Of a stretch of DNA of 64,000 nucleotides, positions 18,651 to 28,845 are shown in pieces. Below the pieces are notes generated by a model that saw only the letters and a program-made list of their open reading frames with translations, had not been told where the DNA came from and searched no databases. Numbering within the stretch: the first letter of the stretch is position 1; every line of letters starts with the position of its first letter. Position numbers and translations under genes: made by a program. This stretch comes from Candidatus Multivoradales bacterium. GTDB lineage: Bacteria; Acidobacteriota; Thermoanaerobaculia; Multivoradales; JAHEKO01. The DNA is taken from contig CBDCVR010000013.1 in the NCBI GenBank assembly GCA_965223155.1, positions 512,001 through 576,000 on the forward strand, given 5' to 3'.

Positions 18651-19496
18651 TCAGCCGGTGATCGCCGCCAGCTCTTCGTCGTCCAAGGCGCGCTCGGTGC
18701 GTGCCATCAACACGCTTCCGGCCTCGGTTTGATGGAGACGCACCAGACGCAGGCGAGCCAACTCCAAGACCGCCAGAAAGGCCGCCACCGCCTCCGCCCG
18801 GCAGGACCGGGTCGCCAGATCGTCGATCAGGTCGACGGGCCGTCCGCGGTCCATGGCGGCCAGCAGGCGGTCGATCTGTCCGCGGGTCGAAAAGCTCTCG
18901 CCCCGCATCTGCAACGGCGGCGGGTGCTCGCGGTCGTAGCGCACCAGCACGGTCCGCAGGGACTCCAAGAGGTCGAAGAGCGACACGTCGCCTAGATCGA
19001 TGCCCCCTTCCTGATCGGGATGGATGTCCTGTTCGGGACGCGTCCAGACCGCACGGCGCAGGCTATGAATTTCGGCCAGCGAGCGAGCGGCTTCCTTGAG
19101 CTTCTGGTACTCCAGCAGGCGCTCCACCAGTTCCTGGCGCGGATCCTCGTCGTCTCCTCCGGCGGCCTCCGGCCGCGGCAGCAAGAGCCTCGACTTGAGC
19201 TGGATCAGGTAGGCCGCCTCGTAGATGTAGTCGGCCGCGATGTCCAGGTTGAGCTCTTCCATGCGGGCCAAGTAGGCCTGGAACTGATCGCAGACCAGCG
19301 CCACCGGAATGTCGGTGATCTCGATCTCGTTGACCCGGATCAGGTGGAGCAAGAGGTCGAGCGGCCCTTCGAACGCGGGCAACTCGACCCGCCAGGCCGC
19401 CGGCAGGCCCGCGCTCTCCGAGATCTCGGCCGAACCCTCGCCGGAGCCCGGAGTCTCGGAAGGCCCGCGGGTCTCAGTCACCGGCGGCTCCGGCAA
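18651..19496 (-). CDS. scpA: Segregation and condensation protein A
   Basis: FEGPLDLLLHLI, KSRLLLP and FLAVLEL. Confidence 0.95.
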   Translation of the reverse strand: MPEPPVTETRGPSETPGSGEGSAEISESAGLPAAWRVELPAFEGPLDLLLHLIRVNEIEITDIPVALVCDQFQAYLARMEELNLDIAADYIYEAAYLIQLKSRLLLPRPEAAGGDDEDPRQELVERLLEYQKLKEAARSLAEIHSLRRAVWTRPEQDIHPDQEGGIDLGDVSLFDLLESLRTVLVRYDREHPPPLQMRGESFSTRGQIDRLLAAMDRGRPVDLIDDLATRSCRAEAVAAFLAVLELARLRLVRLHQTEAGSVLMARTERALDDEELAAITG

Positions 19497-20490
19497 GGCG
19501 ATCGTAATCGAGTTCCATCGCGGAGCGGACCAGATCCAGGCTTTCGGCCGCCCGCTCCCGCGCCCGGTCGCTGCCCCGGCGCAAGATGTTCACCAGCTCA
19601 CCCCGATCGCTCAGATACTCTTCCCGGCGTTTCCGGATCGGGTCGACCAGGGCGATGAGCTGCTCGGCGATGAGCTTCTTGTCGTCCACGCAGCCGATCT
19701 GGGCCAGGCGGCACTCCGCCGCCACCCGTTCCTGAACGTCCTCGGGCGAGACCAGCCGATGGAACTCGAACAAGTTGCAAGTGTCCGGATCGCCGGGATC
19801 GCTGCGGCGAATGCGCTTCGGGTCGGTAAACATCGATCGGCACTTCTCCCGAATCTCGTCCGGCGTGTCCGCCAGATCGATGGTATTGCCATACGACTTG
19901 GACATCTTGCGGCCGTCCAGCCCGGGCACCTTGGGAGTCGGAGTAAAGAGCGCCTTGGGCTCGGGAAACGTGGGCGCGTAGAGACCGTTGAAGCGCCGGG
20001 CGATCTCGCGGCTGAGCTCCAGGTGGCTGGCCTGGTCTTCGCCCACCGGCACGAAGTCGGCGCGGTACAGCAGGATATCGGCGGCCTGGAGCACTGGATA
20101 TCCCAGGAAACCATGGGTCGAGAGGTCCTTGTTGCGAAGCTCCCGCTTCTGTTCCTTGTAGGTAGGGACCCGCTCGAGCCAGCCCAGGGGCGTCACCATC
20201 GAGAGCAGCAGGTAGAGCTCGGCGTGCTCTGGAACCAGGGACTGTAGGAAGATGACGCTACGCTCTGGATCCAGGCCCGACGCCAGCCAGTCGGCCGTAA
20301 CCTCGAGCGAGTTACCGGCCACCTCCGAGGTGTCGTGGTAGTCGGTCGTCAACGCGTGCCAGTCGGCGATGAAGTAGTAGCTCCGATACTTGTCCTGGAG
20401 GTCCACCCAGTTCTTGACGGCGCCGAAGTAGTTGCCGATGTGCATGCGGCCCGTGGACCGCATGCCGGATAAGACGATCTTCTCTTGCAC
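19474..20490 (-). CDS. trpS: Tryptophan--tRNA ligase
   Basis: HIGN, IADWHALT, YPVLQAADIL, VPVGEDQ and KMSKS. Confidence 0.98.
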   Translation of the reverse strand: MQEKIVLSGMRSTGRMHIGNYFGAVKNWVDLQDKYRSYYFIADWHALTTDYHDTSEVAGNSLEVTADWLASGLDPERSVIFLQSLVPEHAELYLLLSMVTPLGWLERVPTYKEQKRELRNKDLSTHGFLGYPVLQAADILLYRADFVPVGEDQASHLELSREIARRFNGLYAPTFPEPKALFTPTPKVPGLDGRKMSKSYGNTIDLADTPDEIREKCRSMFTDPKRIRRSDPGDPDTCNLFEFHRLVSPEDVQERVAAECRLAQIGCVDDKKLIAEQLIALVDPIRKRREEYLSDRGELVNILRRGSDRARERAAESLDLVRSAMELDYDRLAGAAGD

Positions 20491-20515
20491 TTCTGTCCCC
20501 TACGCTTCCTCGCCG

Positions 20516-21211
20516 TCAACCCGAGATCTGGATCACGAGAGCGATAACAAAATACACCGGCAGCACCAAGATCGACAGGATGTTGACCGCTGCCAATAGC
20601 AGCACGATCATAAAGCCATATGGCCGCAATGCCGCAAGCCTTCCGGCCCAGGGCGGCGGCAGCATCTGAAGGGCCAACTGGCCGCCGTCCAGGGGAGGCA
20701 CCGGCAGCATGTTGAAGGCCGCCAGGAAACCGTTGATCGACGCGAACTGCAGCAAGGTATAGACCAGAGCGAACTGGGGTCCCAGAGCCGCTCCCTCGAC
20801 GTCCCCCATCAGGGCCATGCCGGCGGATCGCGCGGCCTCGGGCCCAAGGGCGACGATCGCCATCGCCAGGCCGACCAGAGCCAGCAAACCGATCGCCAGA
20901 TTGGCGAGCGGCCCCGCCAGGGTGACCCGGATATGGTCCGCGTCGGGACGTTGCAGCTTGGCAACGCGCACCGGAGCCGGACGGCCCCAGCCGAAGAGTG
21001 GACCACCCGTAGCCAGCAGCACCGCCGGCACCAGCAGCGAACCGATGACATCGACATGCCGAAGTGGGTTGAGCGAGATACGGCCGGCCTCGGCAGCCGT
21101 AGCATCGCCGGAGCGAAGAGCGCTCAGCGCGTGCGCCGACTCGTGCGCCGAGATCGCGAGCAACAGAACGAGGTAGCGAATGCCCGCGGCGAAGAGTTCG
21201 TCGGGACTCAA
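20516..21211 (-). CDS. Site-2 protease (M50 family)
   Basis: HESAH, GRISLNPLRH, LAGPLAN and FNMLPVPPLDGG. Start placed at TTG 21211, overlapping the upstream stop. Confidence 0.9.
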   Translation of the reverse strand: MSPDELFAAGIRYLVLLLAISAHESAHALSALRSGDATAAEAGRISLNPLRHVDVIGSLLVPAVLLATGGPLFGWGRPAPVRVAKLQRPDADHIRVTLAGPLANLAIGLLALVGLAMAIVALGPEAARSAGMALMGDVEGAALGPQFALVYTLLQFASINGFLAAFNMLPVPPLDGGQLALQMLPPPWAGRLAALRPYGFMIVLLLAAVNILSILVLPVYFVIALVIQISG

Positions 21212-21696
21212 GAAGCCTCGGCCGCCCGGACCGCTCGGTCGGCGGCGCGTAGGATCTTCTCGTTCTCGAACAGAACCTGGGACTCCAGGAACAAGGCCTT
21301 GAGCTGGGCGCCCAGCGACAAGTAGAAGAGGCCCCAGTGGATCCACTTGGGCAGCACCTGGGTCTCCACTCCGCCACCCAGAATGAAGGTCGCCATAGCC
21401 AGCCCCATCGCCAGCATCAGCCAGGGGTACGAGCGGTTCTTGAATTCCTTGGTCTTCTCGATCCACTCCTCGGGCAGATCGTGCTCGGCCACGGCCTCCT
21501 TGAGCACCTTCCCGGTGCCGATCAGGTAGAACATGATCCAGCAGTGGGAAAACAGCAGCAGGACCGAAGCGCCGATCCCCAGAAGGACGTGCTGATCGGC
21601 CGAGGCGGCATCCCCGACCATGTACCCGAAGACGCCGGTCGCGGCGAACGCGAGCGTGGCGAAGGCACCGACCATCAGTAGAGCCCGACCCATCAT
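21208..21696 (-). CDS. Four-TM hypothetical membrane protein
   Basis: Hydrophobic helices with His residues (HVLLG, HCWIMFYLIGTG, WIHW). Confidence 0.7.
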   Translation of the reverse strand: MMGRALLMVGAFATLAFAATGVFGYMVGDAASADQHVLLGIGASVLLLFSHCWIMFYLIGTGKVLKEAVAEHDLPEEWIEKTKEFKNRSYPWLMLAMGLAMATFILGGGVETQVLPKWIHWGLFYLSLGAQLKALFLESQVLFENEKILRAADRAVRAAEAS

Positions 21697-21706
21697 GGCG
21701 GCGCGA

Positions 21707-22981
21707 TTATGGCATTCCCGGCGGGCCGCCGGGGTCCCCGTTTCGGCCGCCGGCCGCCCCTGCGGAACCGCCCCCAACGAGAGCGAGCCAGGTATCCGCT
21801 ACCCTCTCGGGCCGGTACTTCCTCTCCAAGCGCTCCCGCCCCCAGCGGCCACGACGCTCGGCTTCGTCCGGATCCAGCGCGACCTCGATCAAGGCTCCTG
21901 TCAGTGCGGCCACGTCTTCAGGCGGAACGACCCATCCAGTCTCGCCGTCCAGCACGACTTCGGGAATGCCACTGACCGCGGCGGCGACGACGGCTAGCTC
22001 GCGTTCCATCGCCTCGAGCACCACCAGCGGCATGCCCTCGTAGGTGGAGGGCACGCACAGGGCGCGGGCTCGGCCCATCCGGTTGCGCACCTCGGCGCGC
22101 GGTCGCCGGCCCAGAAAACGCACCGCCTCACCCAGGCCCAAACGCCCGGCGAAGGCCTCCAGGGCCGCGCGGTGCTCGCCTTCGCCGGCAACGTCCAGGC
22201 GTACGGGCACCCGAGGAAACTTACGGCGCAGCTCCGCGAGCGCGGCCAGCAGCAGCTCCACCCCCTTGCGGATGCGCAAGCGGCCCACGAAGAGAAGGCG
22301 GACCAGGTCGGGATCCTCCCCGTCAGCCGTACTGCCGGCGGCACCGCTGTCGATCTCGCCGTCGGCTTCGCGGGCCATGGCATTCGGAACCACTCCGACG
22401 TCGGCCGCTCCGTAGTCCCCGGCCAACTCGCCGGCGGTGGTCCTGCTCGGGGCCAGGACGGTGTCGGCCAAAGCCACCGTCAGGCGTCCCAGGGCGATCT
22501 GTAGCGGTGCCTTGAGCCACCGGAAACGCCTCTCCTTCGCTCCCGGCCGGCCGAGGATGCGGCCACCGCCGGTGCGGCTCAGGTCGCGCAGCGCTCGCAC
22601 CGCGCGCCGCTCTCGCACATAGCTCACCTGGAGCAAGGCGACCAACCGGGGCGAGGGAGCCAGAACCGGCGCCAGGATGCGGCAGGCCAACGCGGCCAGA
22701 GCACCGTCTGACTCGTGGACCTGGACGACGTGGGGACGGAAGGCGCGAAGCTCGCGCACGAAGGGCGGCACGATCGCCAGCGGAAAGAACAGCTTCGAAC
22801 CCCGCGCGCCCTGCGCGACCCCGCCAGCCAGCCCGGTACCCCGGCCCCGGCCCTGGATCCGAACCCGGCAGCCACGGGCTTCGAGACCCGAGGCCAGCTG
22901 CACCACTTGCTCGCCCACCCCGGACAGATCCCGGGGCGGCAAGGTGTTGGCCACCAGCAAGACACGCAAGGGTTCGCTCAC
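21707..22981 (-). CDS. Glycosyltransferase family 4 (GT-B)
   Basis: RVLLVAN, FVGRLRIRKG and PSTYEGMPLVVLEAM (EX7E). Start placed at GTG 22981. Confidence 0.92.
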   Translation of the reverse strand: MSEPLRVLLVANTLPPRDLSGVGEQVVQLASGLEARGCRVRIQGRGRGTGLAGGVAQGARGSKLFFPLAIVPPFVRELRAFRPHVVQVHESDGALAALACRILAPVLAPSPRLVALLQVSYVRERRAVRALRDLSRTGGGRILGRPGAKERRFRWLKAPLQIALGRLTVALADTVLAPSRTTAGELAGDYGAADVGVVPNAMAREADGEIDSGAAGSTADGEDPDLVRLLFVGRLRIRKGVELLLAALAELRRKFPRVPVRLDVAGEGEHRAALEAFAGRLGLGEAVRFLGRRPRAEVRNRMGRARALCVPSTYEGMPLVVLEAMERELAVVAAAVSGIPEVVLDGETGWVVPPEDVAALTGALIEVALDPDEAERRGRWGRERLERKYRPERVADTWLALVGGGSAGAAGGRNGDPGGPPGMP

Positions 22982-22986
22982 GGCGC

Positions 22987-25095
22987 CTATCCTGCCACCA
23001 GAGCGTCTTCCCGGCGAAGCCGTCCGGTCGCCTCCAATCGGCTCAGGTACTCCTGGGTACCCGCGGGCCGCTCCGCCAGCAGCCGCTCGGCGTCTTGACG
23101 GGCGCGCTCGATCCAAGCGCGGTGGCGGACGAGATCGGCGGCGCGGAAACGGCTCGCGACGATCTGGCCGGTCTGGCGGTCGCCCAGCACTTCGCCGGGG
23201 CCGCGCAGGGCAAGATCGGCCTCGGCCAGGTCGAAGCCGTCGGTCGTCGCGGCGAAGGTCTCGAGCCGGGAGCAAGCGCGCTCGGAGGCTTGACCGTGGA
23301 TCGCCACGCAGCGGGAAGCGCGGCGGCCCCGGCCCACTCTGCCCCGGAGCTGATGAAGCTGCGCCAGTCCGAAGCGCTCGGCGCTCTCGATCACCATAGT
23401 GGTGGCCTCGGGCACGTCCAGCCCGACCTCGACCAGGGAGGTCGCGATCAAGACTCCGGCCGAGCCTTTGGCAAATCGCGTCATCGCTGCCTCTCGCTCC
23501 TCCGTTTTCATGCGCCCATGCAGAACCAACGGATCAAAGCCGGCGAGCCGGTTGGCAAGGCGGGTCCCCAAAGCCTCGATCGCGTGAGCCGCGACCCGGT
23601 CGCTGGCCTCGATCAGAGGCAAGACGACATAGGCCTTGTCTCCGGCCCGCAACGAGACCTCGAGCTCGCTGTATACGCCTTCCCGCTCCGCCTCGGAGAC
23701 CACTCGAGTCGCGACCGGACGTCGGCCCGGCGGCAGCTCGTCGATCACCGACAGCGCCAGATCGCCGTAGACCGTCAGGGCGAGAGAGCGCGGAATCGGA
23801 GTCGCCGTCATCACCAAGAGATCTGGGTCGGGGCCCTTCTCCACCAGACGCCGCCGCTGACGGACGCCAAACCGATGCTGCTCGTCGATAACCACCAGCC
23901 CTAGGTGGCGAAACGCCGCCCGCTCCTCGACCAGGGCATGAGTCCCGACGGCTACGCCCACCGCACCTGATCGCAGCCGCTCGATCGACTCGGCGGATGC
24001 GGTCTCGCGCGTGAAGAGCTCGATCGAGGCCTCCGACCCGAGCAGCCCCCGCAGACTCTCTAGGTGCTGCCGGGCCAGCAGCGTCGTCGGCGCCATTAAC
24101 GCGCCTTGCAGTCCGCTTCGCACGGTCGCCGCCAAGGCCAGAGCCGCGACTACGGTCTTGCCGGAGCCTACGTCCCCCTGGAGGAGCCGATGCATCGGCG
24201 CCGGGCGCCCCAGATCGGTCAGAATCTCGAGCAGGCTCCGCTCCTGGGCGGCGGTCAGCCGAAACGGCAAGGTGGAGCTCAGCTCGGCGGCCGGCGGCAG
24301 CTCCCCATACCCATGAGGCTTGGTACGGCGCCGGCGGCGGCGGCGCGCCCGCGCCAGGGCAATTTGTAGAGCCAGCAGCTCCTCGTACACGAGCCGCTCG
24401 TGCGCCGGGGTGCGGCCGCCGGCCAGAGCCTCGAGATCGCTGGAAGCGGTCGGTGCATGGAGCGCTTCCAGCGACTCATGAAGCCGCGGCAGCCGGCGTG
24501 CTTCGAGGACCGCCTCCGGAATGTCCGCTCCGCCGGCCGCATCAGGATCCAGGTCGGCCAGGGCCGCGGCGGCCAGCCGCCGCACCAGCGCCGGACCGAG
24601 CTCTCCCACCGGCGGGTAGACCGGCACGATGCGGGGTGGCGGCTCAGCGCCTTCGAGCCGCTCGACGCTCGGATTAACGAGCTCCAGCTCCCCGGCCCGC
24701 TCCCGGACCTTGCCGTACAGCAGATAGGAGGCCTCGGCCACCAACCGGTTGGCTAGATACGGCTGATTGAACCACGCCACCCGGACCGAGGCGGGCGCCT
24801 CGGGCTCGGCTGCGACCAAGCGGGCCCGAACCAGGATCCGGCGCCGGCCCAACCGAATCGCCTGGGCCTCTTCGAGCCTGCCGATCACGGTCGCCGCCAC
24901 ACCAGGGGTGAGGCCGGCAACCGGCGTCACCACCCGCCGATCTTCGTAACGGGCCGGCAGGTGTGCCAAGAGGTCGGCCACGGTCTCCAGTCCCGCGGCA
25001 GCCAGGGAGGCGGCGCGGACCGGGCCGACGCCCCGAATCCCGGACACCGGCGACGCCAGTGTCAGCAAGCGTTCGCGAGGCCGATCCGCGCTCAT
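22987..25095 (-). CDS. recG: ATP-dependent DNA helicase RecG
   Basis: Wedge domain, RLLQGDVGSGKT, DEQHRFGV, MTATPIPRSL, AERFGLAQLHQLRGRVGR and TRG motif. Confidence 0.97.
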   Translation of the reverse strand: MSADRPRERLLTLASPVSGIRGVGPVRAASLAAAGLETVADLLAHLPARYEDRRVVTPVAGLTPGVAATVIGRLEEAQAIRLGRRRILVRARLVAAEPEAPASVRVAWFNQPYLANRLVAEASYLLYGKVRERAGELELVNPSVERLEGAEPPPRIVPVYPPVGELGPALVRRLAAAALADLDPDAAGGADIPEAVLEARRLPRLHESLEALHAPTASSDLEALAGGRTPAHERLVYEELLALQIALARARRRRRRRTKPHGYGELPPAAELSSTLPFRLTAAQERSLLEILTDLGRPAPMHRLLQGDVGSGKTVVAALALAATVRSGLQGALMAPTTLLARQHLESLRGLLGSEASIELFTRETASAESIERLRSGAVGVAVGTHALVEERAAFRHLGLVVIDEQHRFGVRQRRRLVEKGPDPDLLVMTATPIPRSLALTVYGDLALSVIDELPPGRRPVATRVVSEAEREGVYSELEVSLRAGDKAYVVLPLIEASDRVAAHAIEALGTRLANRLAGFDPLVLHGRMKTEEREAAMTRFAKGSAGVLIATSLVEVGLDVPEATTMVIESAERFGLAQLHQLRGRVGRGRRASRCVAIHGQASERACSRLETFAATTDGFDLAEADLALRGPGEVLGDRQTGQIVASRFRAADLVRHRAWIERARQDAERLLAERPAGTQEYLSRLEATGRLRREDALVAG

Positions 25096-25147
25096 CGCGC
25101 GCCCGGCACAGGCCGGGGCCCGCGGGCGACGTCAGGCCGGCCAGCCC

Positions 25148-25936
25148 TCAACTCGCGAACTCGAGGGTGACCAGGCCGAAGCGGACGCGATCGCCGGGAA
25201 CGATTCGCGCGGGCACCCCGGTCGCAAGCCGGCTCTCGTTGAGGAAGGTGCCGTTGGCGGTGCCAACCTCCTCAACAAGAAAGTACTCTCCGCCGTCCAC
25301 GTAGATCCGAGCGTGTTGACGGCTGCTGGAGCGCTCTGGATCCAGTTCGGTCAGGTCCACCGTCGGCCGGATGCCGGTGATCGGGTCACTGCGGCCCACC
25401 GTCGAGTTGCCGTCACTCTTGAGCGGCGCCGTTCGCCCTGTACCGAGGTGCAGCAGGCGGGCACCGGTTTGGGTACCGTCTCCGGCGACCGGCGCCGGCT
25501 CGACCGCGGGGGGCCCCGCGACCGGCACCAGCTCGGTCTTGTCACGCCGTTCCAGCAACCTTTCGACGGTGCGGAGCCGGCGCGAGAGCTTGCGCATGAT
25601 GCGTACAGCCACCTCGGGATCCCGCCGCAGGAGGGCCGCGAAGGTTGCCTCCGAGATCCGCACCAGCGTGCTGTCCTCGAGTGCTTTGGCGTCTGCGGTG
25701 CGGGCGGCACCTTCCAGAATCGCCATCTCCCCAAAGAAATCGCCCTTCTCTAGGATGGCCAGCGGCTCGGCCGAGACGCGCGCGTTGGCGATCTCGATCG
25801 AGCCCTCGTGAATCACGTACATCTCGGTGCCCAGGTCCCCGGCGCGAAACACGAACTCGCCGGCCTTCACCTCGAGCAGACGCCGCCCGGTGGTGGCGGT
25901 GCTGGTGGTCTTGAATCGTGCTCGAACCTTGGCCAT
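25148..25936 (-). CDS. Cyclic-nucleotide-binding domain + FHA domain protein
   Basis: GDFFGEMAIL..AARTADA phosphate-binding cassette; FHA motifs VGRSDP, SSRQHA and TANGT. Confidence 0.9.
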   Translation of the reverse strand: MAKVRARFKTTSTATTGRRLLEVKAGEFVFRAGDLGTEMYVIHEGSIEIANARVSAEPLAILEKGDFFGEMAILEGAARTADAKALEDSTLVRISEATFAALLRRDPEVAVRIMRKLSRRLRTVERLLERRDKTELVPVAGPPAVEPAPVAGDGTQTGARLLHLGTGRTAPLKSDGNSTVGRSDPITGIRPTVDLTELDPERSSSRQHARIYVDGGEYFLVEEVGTANGTFLNESRLATGVPARIVPGDRVRFGLVTLEFAS

Positions 25937-25952
25937 GGCTGTGCTGCGGGCC

Positions 25953-26888
25953 TCAGGTCCGGTGGACGTACCGTAGCTTGCCCGCTTCCAGGTCGAGCCT
26001 AACCCGAAGCCCCAGGCCCAGGCTGTGATTTGGTCTACAGTGCCCGCAGGACAGATTCCAAGCCACGGGTACGCCCAGACGCTCGGCCCACTCGGCCAGC
26101 AGGCCTTCGAGCCCGCCGTCCGGATCGATCGTGCCCTCATCGGTCGCGGGCCGATCCGGGTTCCGTCCCACCACCATCCCGCGCAGCCCTGCCAAGCTGC
26201 CCGCCAGGGCGAGCTGAGTCAGCATGCGATCAATCCGGTAGAGGGGCTCGTCCACGTCCTCCCAGAACAGCACCGCGCCCTCAAGCCTGGGAGCGAAGTC
26301 GGTTCCCTGGGTCGCCGCCAGGAGACTGAGGCAGCCCCCCATGAGGATCCCTTCGGCGTCGTCCCGGACGGTTCCCGGGACACCGGCCACCCTGGCGACC
26401 GGCAGATCCTCCGGAACGCGGCCAGCCAGAAGGGCCAGCAGCGATGCCTCCTCGGATGGGTCGAGCCCTTCCGCCCATTCCACCGCGACCATGGGGCCGT
26501 GAACCGCGACCCAGCCGCAACGCTCGACCACACCATTGAGAAACGGCGTGACGTCCGAATAGCCGACATAGAAACGCGGCACGCTGGCGATGCGACTCCA
26601 GTCGAGAGCGTCCTGCAGCCGGGTCAGGCCGTAGCCACCGCGGGCGAAGACGATGGCCTTGATCTCGGGCCGGTCCACGAGGGCATGAAAGGCCTCCAAC
26701 CGCCGGTGGTCCGGCCCCGCCAGGAATCCGCGCTTGCTGGCAAGGTTCGGCGCCTGAACCGGCTCGAAGCCGAGCGCCCGCAGACCGTCGAGGCCCGCCT
26801 CGATCCGCTCCGGCCGTACCGGACCCGACAGAGCCGCCACGCCCACCCGGTCTCCGGCAGCCAGCGGCGGCGGAAACTCTGCGGCCAT
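25953..26888 (-). CDS. ldcA: LD-carboxypeptidase (peptidase S66)
   Basis: ARGGYG, GYSDVT, HGPM, GGCLS, WEDVDE and CGH triad motifs. Start ATG 26888. Confidence 0.9.
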   Translation of the reverse strand: MAAEFPPPLAAGDRVGVAALSGPVRPERIEAGLDGLRALGFEPVQAPNLASKRGFLAGPDHRRLEAFHALVDRPEIKAIVFARGGYGLTRLQDALDWSRIASVPRFYVGYSDVTPFLNGVVERCGWVAVHGPMVAVEWAEGLDPSEEASLLALLAGRVPEDLPVARVAGVPGTVRDDAEGILMGGCLSLLAATQGTDFAPRLEGAVLFWEDVDEPLYRIDRMLTQLALAGSLAGLRGMVVGRNPDRPATDEGTIDPDGGLEGLLAEWAERLGVPVAWNLSCGHCRPNHSLGLGLRVRLDLEAGKLRYVHRT

Positions 26889-26923
26889 GCGATCGGTCAA
26901 CGTCTGCGGCAAGGATCGAAAGT

Positions 26924-27305
<382 letters not shown>

Positions 27306-27342
27306 GGGACCAGTGTACCGGAAAGAGCCGCCGGAACGTCGG

Positions 27343-28788
27343 CTAGCGCTGCCCCAGCTTCTGCTTGAGCTTGGCGAGCCAACCGTCGGGCTCAGCCGGC
27401 TGATGCGCGCGATCCAGCGACTCCAGGCGCGAGCGGGCCTCGCCGTGATCCGGCGCGACCTTGAGCGCGGCCTGGAACTCGGTCCGCGCCCGCGCCTTCT
27501 GCCCGGCCTGCGCGAAGACGGCCCCGAGACTCACCCGCAGATCCGGATCTTCCGGCGCCAGCTGCACCGCCCGCGAGAAGCTGTCGATCGCCTTGTCCAG
27601 CCATTGCGGATTCTGCGCCTGGCACTCGCCCAGGAGCCCGTAGTAATCGGGCCTGGCCTCCATCCGTACAGCCTGGTGCAGGAGCTCGATGGCCGAGAAG
27701 TAATCCTGGCGAAGCACGAGCTGTTTGGCCATCTTGTAGTTGTGCTCGGCGATCCCTTCGACCTCGCTCCGACGCTTCTCCTCATCAACGGCAAAGATGG
27801 TGCCGTCCGAGGTCACCACCTCCTGCATGTAGCGGCCGCGCCGATCCTCGTCGCTGAGCGTCAGGTACGCCTCGGTGGCCCTCTCGAAGAGCAGCTCGAT
27901 ACCCGCCTCCTTGCCGCGCAGCCCGAGCCTTTCGGCGTGCCGGGGATGGACGATCCTGGCCAGCCGGGTGTAGGCATCGTGAACCTCGTCGGCCCCGGCC
28001 CCTGGCCCGATCCCCAGCAGCTCGTAGTAGTTGAGGCCCCCGAGACGGGCGATCAGCGAGGCCAGCCGCTGGCGGTGGCGCTCGGAGTCCAGGTCCATGG
28101 GCTGCCGGTCCAGGTCCGCGCCGATGCGCTGCTGGAAACGGTCCAGAAGGCGGGCATCCAGGAGTTTGCTCTTGGGATCGGGCTTCATGCCCTCGAACGG
28201 CTTGATCAGCCGCACGGCGTAGAGCCGGCACAGGCGCTGGGCGGCCTCGATGACCGGTAGCTCGGACTGGCGCAGCACGTCACGGACCGCGGTGGGCTGC
28301 TCGAGACGGCTCAGGAAGAACGCTTCTTGCGGATCCAGGGAGACCCGGTGGATGGCCTCTTCGTCGTCCACCGCGACCAGAAGCTGGTCTTCTCCACCCA
28401 GAAGGCGCAAGAGGTGAAACTCATCCTGGTCGCGCACCGCGCCGCGCATGACCAGTGGCGCGGCCGCGATCGGCCCGAAGAGGTCGGTCGAGATCCCTTC
28501 GGTGCTCTCTTCGAACCGGTACTCCACCACGCCCAAGGCGTCGAAGTACGCCAGTACCTGATCCAGCCAGGCCTCATCGAACGGATCCTTTGGGGTACCC
28601 CGTCCCTCGGCATGCTGTGCCAGCGCATGCCCCGGATCCAGGTACAAGTCTCCGCTGACAAAGAAAAAGACGCGCTCCGCCGGCCCCACTTGGACGACGA
28701 GCTTGCCCGTCCGCTTCTCCAGAAGCGACTCGCGAACCAGGGCCAGCAGTGACTCCGAACCCTCGGGCGCAATCGGCTCGGCACTCAT
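27343..28788 (-). CDS. DUF4388/PatA-N-like + J-like domain + TPR protein
   Basis: RTGKLVV...FFFVSGDL N-domain; NYYELLGI...AYTRLARIVHPR...AYLTLSD..RR.RY J-fold; about 3 TPRs. Confidence 0.8.
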   Translation of the reverse strand: MSAEPIAPEGSESLLALVRESLLEKRTGKLVVQVGPAERVFFFVSGDLYLDPGHALAQHAEGRGTPKDPFDEAWLDQVLAYFDALGVVEYRFEESTEGISTDLFGPIAAAPLVMRGAVRDQDEFHLLRLLGGEDQLLVAVDDEEAIHRVSLDPQEAFFLSRLEQPTAVRDVLRQSELPVIEAAQRLCRLYAVRLIKPFEGMKPDPKSKLLDARLLDRFQQRIGADLDRQPMDLDSERHRQRLASLIARLGGLNYYELLGIGPGAGADEVHDAYTRLARIVHPRHAERLGLRGKEAGIELLFERATEAYLTLSDEDRRGRYMQEVVTSDGTIFAVDEEKRRSEVEGIAEHNYKMAKQLVLRQDYFSAIELLHQAVRMEARPDYYGLLGECQAQNPQWLDKAIDSFSRAVQLAPEDPDLRVSLGAVFAQAGQKARARTEFQAALKVAPDHGEARSRLESLDRAHQPAEPDGWLAKLKQKLGQR

Positions 28789-28845
28789 TCGCGCCGATTG
28801 TAGCTTGGATCCTGTCAGAAGGGCCCTGGCGATTCTCTGGAACGG

